Assembly: GCA_001643675.2 (NCBI GenBank)
Contig: LSRY02000010.1
Coordinates: 682,001 to 746,000 of the forward strand
Reading direction: 5' to 3'
Origin: Monocercomonoides exilis PA203
Lineage: Eukaryota > Protista > Preaxostyla
Length of the DNA: 64,000 bases
Both the position numbers and the translations under genes were made by a program. Of this stretch, positions 59,201-64,000 are shown one piece after another. Numbering within the stretch: the first letter of the stretch is position 1; each line of letters starts with the position of its first letter. The notes beneath the pieces are model-generated. The model was given only the letters and a program-made list of their open reading frames with translations, searched no databases and was not told the DNA's origin.

Positions 59201-60031
59201 GAGCACAGCATGAACCAAAGAAAGCTCATCGGGGAAACTTGGATGAAATGCGACCAATGCTTTTTTTGGAACATCTCCATTTCCATCGTTAAAAAACGGA
59301 CTTTCGGGCTTGCCCTGCATTGTTGAATCCGTTTGTGAATATGACTGTGGAAGCTGCTTAAAAGTCGCAAATGATTCGCATCCTCGCAGATATTTCTCTG
59401 AGTGGCAAATTTTAATTAACGTTTCCAATTTTTCCATTATACTGCAAAATTCTTTAGGTTCATTAATTTCAAATTTTGTAATGTGATGCACCAAGATAGT
59501 TTCAACAATAAATGAAAGAGTTATTGATTCTACAGAAAATTTGCTTTTTTCAGATAGTACAGATATGCAATGATCAAGAAGAGAAGATGAAAATTTGAGA
59601 TATGAAGAAGTCGAAATAAGTTTCATCGTTGACAAATGAGACAGAAAGTGCAGCTAAAATAAATCAGGAAGATAACGCGTTTCAAATAATGAGTTGTCAA
59701 AAATTGAATTGTTAAAGAAAATGAAACAAACCAATGACGAAAAATGATGCAAATTTCCATTTCTAAAAGTGCCAACTAATTCTGATTTTATATTTTGTAA
59801 AATATCTTCAAATATTTCTGAATCTTGTATGTACAACGAGTTTACCAGCTGTGCATATGCTTCCAACTTGTATGGAAGGTTCTTTATACAAGAAATTAAT
59901 AGAACAATAAGTTCGCTTTTCCTTGAAGCGATAGCTTCTTTAAGTTGGTTGGCCAAAGATTCAATGGATTGTTGAGTGTATTTCTCTTCGCCAATAGTAA
60001 TGATCTGTCGAAGGGATGGATCCTTCTCCAT
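56249..60031 (-). CDS. NCBP1: Nuclear cap-binding protein subunit 1 (CBP80); exons 60031-59732, 59653-56249
   Basis: Motifs IITIGE, LPYKLEAYAQLV, WAAHHLSNVQWKFVWNMW, FVAALLERCVRLHY and GSKSYSHF match CBP80. The 78-nt intron GTTTGT..TTTAG joins FSSL|LHFLSHL in frame. Confidence 0.85.
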
Positions 60032-60145
60032 TTTAAGCTTTTTAAGTTTTCAAGAAAAGAATCATGGGATTAATTGTTAAATTTTGTTAAACTTTAAATA
60101 CAACTGTCATGAAATAATTATTAAAGAATGTGAAATGAAATTTAT

Positions 60146-63100
60146 TTAATGTTTTTCGTTTTCTTTTTCCTCTTCAGGTGCATTGAGTTCAGGATAAAGT
60201 GAAGACATAAGATCAATCTCCACATTTTTCACCATCAAAGATACATTTGCTCTTCCACGAAGTGCGCATAGATAGCACGGTCTGAATAAGAACGAATTAT
60301 TTGTAAGCAGCAAAGAAAAGCGTCCAAATTGAAATTTGAAAAAAAAATAAAATAAAATTAATTTTAAAAATTAAAATAGTAAATATTAATGAAAATTATC
60401 AAACGGGTCGTGTTTAAGTGCAGTGGATAGATCGAGTTCAATCACAAATGTTCCAATCTCAAGTTCACGTGCTCCGTTAATAGCATCCAAAGGAAGTGAC
60501 CTTTTCTTTAAGAGCAAAGAAAATACTTCGCGCGACACTTTCAGCCTGGTAATATTTCAGCATTTGAATATTTATGATGAAAAAAAAAATTTCATAATTT
60601 TCACATTTGAAAACAACATATAAAATTTTTGAATGAATAGCGTTTCACAATACGTCATGAGCAATCATCACAAAAAAATAATAGGAATAATATGAAATTT
60701 TAACTCATACATTCTTTTTTGTATTAACTTGCACAAAATAGCAGCTCCATCTTGGCAGATTCGATAGTCACACAGAGATGATTGCAAGGCGCCTGCTCTT
60801 TCCTTCTCGAAGATCCTGACACCTGCATTGACAACCTTCAGCCTCGCCAGCGGTGGAGGGAGTGGGGAAGAAGATGGAGTTGGTACAGATGCTGTTGATG
60901 ATGCTGATGATGATGATGATGATGATTGTGCTGGTTGTGAATTGGTGTTTGCATTGGATTCTTCTCCAATAATAACTTCATCTTTCTCCACCTCAGATGA
61001 GAAAGGTACTTCTTCTTCTTTCTCCTTTTTGAATTGAACATTCGTGTCTGTTGTACCGAGCAGCAGGCTGCGGGCGGTTGGAGTGACCAAATAAATAACA
61101 TTGGCTGTCTCTTGGTTGCGACACTACAAAATAGAGAGATGATGTTTAGATAATAAAAACAACAGTCGCATCAAAAAGTTTATTAATGTATTGTTTTCGA
61201 TTGTTGTGAATCAAAATTTAAAAATAAACAAATAAAATAAAATAAAATAAAATAAAATAATTATTTGTTTAGGAAACAAGAAATGAACAAACCATGAGCC
61301 AAGATGTCGGAAGCACAGATTCTGGCAGTCCATAAAATTCTCTGATTTTTGGGAGAGGTGCAAAATCTGGTCGAAGAGGCAAAAATTGCTCGTCTTCGTT
61401 CGAGAAGCGACGTCTAAATTTCACGTTAAAAAAGGAAAGGAAAGAAACATGAAAGGGGAAAAAGATAAAAAATACATTAAAAATTTCAGAAAAATAAAAA
61501 GTTTTCATTTTTATAAAAATAGATTCATTAATAATAACATTTCAACAAGCGATAAATTTTTCATTTTTAAAAGTTCAAATCAACATAAATATATTTTTAT
61601 TGCACACTTGTTTCTTTCGTCTCTCTTTTCGTTTTGTCTTGATGGTCCTTTTGATTGTGAAGGAAGTTGCCCTTCTTCAACTTTCCTTCTTCCCTTCGTG
61701 GTGTTATCTTTCCCTTCTCCTTCGTTTTCTTCTTCATCTTCTTCTTCTTCCTCTTCTTTCTGATCATCTTCTTTTGATTCTCCTTCAGCTTTGTCGCATT
61801 CTCCTTCTTTTTCCTTCTCTTTCTCCTTCTTTGCGTTTTCTTTCTCAATCTTCTTCAATTTCTTCATTTCACTTTTCTTCAGCCATTTCTTCTTCATCTT
61901 GCCTGTCTGTGCAGACATCCACGTCTTCCCTTTCTTTTTGTGGTAGTCGTCTTCCTCTTCGTTCTCATTCTCTGCCAATTCCTCTTCTCCTCCTTCTTTT
62001 GCTTCAGCCTCCACACCCGTCTCTTTGCCTTCTTCTTCTCCATTCTCGTCTTTCGCTCCAATCAAGTTCCCTTCAGCATCCATCACTCCTTCTTCTTTCA
62101 TCTTCTTCTCTTTCTCTTCTTTCTCCTTCAGCCACTGCTCTCTTCTGGCTTCTCTTTCCTGCTTCCTCACTTCTTCGTCTTTTTTGTCCTTCTCCAGCTG
62201 CTCCTGACACGCCTTCAGATATGCTTCAGTTATCCTCTTTCTTTGCTCTCTTCTTTCTTGCTCTGCTTTCAGCTCTCTCATAACATCTGTCAATACTTCA
62301 GCAATCGCATTCATCTGCTCCTTCTCTGCTGCATCCACTGCTTTTTCAACTTTCTCCTTGATTCTTCCTTCCTCTTCCTTCAGAGCATTCATCAGCTCTT
62401 CACTCACCACCTCTCTCTTTGTCAGCACCGTGACGAAAAAGCCACCGGTGTCTTGGAGATGTGGGTAGAAGCGCAGACAGCGAGACAGACTCATCCAGCT
62501 GGGTTCATCGGCTGTTGGCGGATATACACTGCGCCTGATCTTCTTCTGGCGAGTATATGGAAGCTCTGAATATGAATTATAAATCTGTTTATTAAAAAAA
62601 AATAAATAATAAATATAATAAATGGTTATAAAATATAATGAAGAGCATTGACACTCAAAATATTAATTGTTAATTGGAAAATTGCTCAAAAAAAAGAATT
62701 TTAAATAAAAGGATAGCAAAGAATAAAACTATTATAACTTTTCCTAACATCACAAAGCACTCTAATTCTACTCTTGTTCATACCTTCCCCTGATCCTGCA
62801 CAATCCATTTGTTTATTCCTTCTCTCCTCTTCAGCTGGGGCATCTCTTCTGACACATCCACAATCTCCACATTTGGCGATGTTCTCAGAAGCTCTGCAAT
62901 CACAGCCTCATCCTCAATCGGATTCAGTGTGCATGTAGAATACACCATCCTCGGCTCAGAATGGCTGAAGAGATTAAGGAACACCTTCGATACTGAAACA
63001 TTGGATGACAAAGAATCAGCTTTTTCAGCTTTGCGCGACTTCACAATTTTCATCCAGAATTCATCTTTTTCCTTTTCAGCTGCATCTTCTTCATTCCCAG

Positions 63101-64000
63101 TTCTCATCAAAATGCTCTTGATTGGCATCCACCACCCGCCCATCTTCAGCAGGTTTATTCCTCTTTTCCCAATGCGGAACTGCAGCGGGTGCAGCGACAG
63201 GCCCAGTGTGGTTGTCCAGCTGAGCCACGCTTCAGGAGCCTTTCGCAGAGTCCCATCACCTGAGCACGGCACATCACACAGCACACGCTCGAAATAGAAC
63301 GGAGGTGGCAGCGACTGCAGACGCTGCTGGGTGCGGGTGAGAGAACAAGAGGAGGACGAGCAAGAAGAAGAAGATGATGATGATGATGATGGAGTTGCGT
63401 CTGAAAGGCTCAAAGAAGAAGCAGAATTATTTGAGCTTGAGGAGACGCGGATTGTTGGGAACATTGATGCATCATGATTGACAACGATGAAATTTGTAGT
63501 GCGCAGCCTGTGAAGCTGATGCACAAGAATGTTGCAACGTTTGAGATCAGCATCGTTTGCCACGACAACTCCACCGTCACCAAAAAGCTGTTCTGCAGTT
63601 GACAGCTCGCACTTCTGGCTATCATCTTGTTTTTTCTGTGCTTTTTCTGAAGAAATTTTTTCCTCATTATCATCATCACGACCAATGACTTTCTCCACAA
63701 TTTGCTTTGTCTTGGATCCAGGGGCTGCGCATAGATCTATTACAGTCATTCCTTTTTCAACTTTTAGAAGTAAAGGAGGAATCATTGACACAGCTTCCTG
63801 ACGACTTATATGACCCTAATAAAGTTTTTTTCGAGAAAGTGTGTATTTTGTATTATTATATCAACAATAAAGTCAAGATCAATAATTTCAAAGATTGTCA
63901 AACAAGCTCAGTTGCAACTTTCATCCAATTGAAAAATTCCTTAAGTTCAGGACTCTTTGCTAACATTGGACGTGTAATTTCTGTGCAACCCCAAGCCAGC
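60146..64000 (-). CDS. NSUN2: tRNA cytosine-C5 methyltransferase NSUN2/Trm4, 5'-partial; exons >64000-63904, 63815-62784, 62584-61608, 61413-61293, 61123-60711, 60545-60405, 60281-60146
   Basis: Motifs GHISRQEAVSMIPP, DLCAAPGSKT, VANDAD, VLCDVPCSGDGTLRK, VYSTCTLNPIEDEAV, RFYPHLQDTGGFF, LKVVNAGVRIF and YRICQDG. Six GT-AG introns keep the frame through TAA 60146-60148. Confidence 0.9.
61231..61260 (+). repeat. (AATAA)6 microsatellite within an NSUN2 intron
   Basis: Directly visible. Confidence 0.85.

Noticed and set aside
139-63801. Numerous antisense or alternate-frame ORFs (e.g. 13211-14254, 33413-34485, 42987-43748, 61600-62569)
   Set aside because: These are shadows of low-complexity Ser/Glu codon runs in real genes and carry no independent motifs.
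54243-64000. Functional operon of RNA/translation genes (eIF2B-alpha, CBP80, NSUN2)
   Set aside because: Orientation is mixed and the pathways are unrelated; chance adjacency in a gene-dense genome is sufficient.
1-64000. tRNA, rRNA or telomeric repeats
   Set aside because: None recognised by eye; tRNAscan-SE/Infernal would be needed to exclude small ncRNAs.

Overview
This is eukaryotic genomic DNA with AT-rich intergenic regions, short GT-AG introns (~50-200 nt) and very long exons rich in Ser/Glu low-complexity sequence. The gene families and style strongly resemble the amitochondriate oxymonad Monocercomonoides; this is an inference from pattern recognition, not a database match. The code appears standard, since TAA, TAG and TGA each end conserved genes. 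Core genes: CPSF160 (5'-truncated), PIP5K, a giant AGC kinase-WD40 fusion, an orphan ORF, an NPF-repeat HECT ligase, an 8-exon eIF2B-alpha (mostly missed by the ORF track), CBP80/NCBP1 and NSUN2/Trm4 (5'-truncated). Between CPSF160 and PIP5K lies a ~24 kb accessory island (8.6-32.6 kb). It holds two paralogues of a 3-exon helical-repeat family, a ~3050-codon Cys/Gly-rich receptor-pseudokinase gene split by one in-frame TAG, and several gene relics. It also holds a 3.5 kb segment bounded by degenerate terminal inverted repeats (17-bp perfect tips, a covarying internal palindrome) that encloses a receptor-ectodomain fragment. This candidate gene-capturing (Pack-type) non-autonomous transposon is the most novel-looking item. 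No rRNA, tRNA or CRISPR array was recognised.
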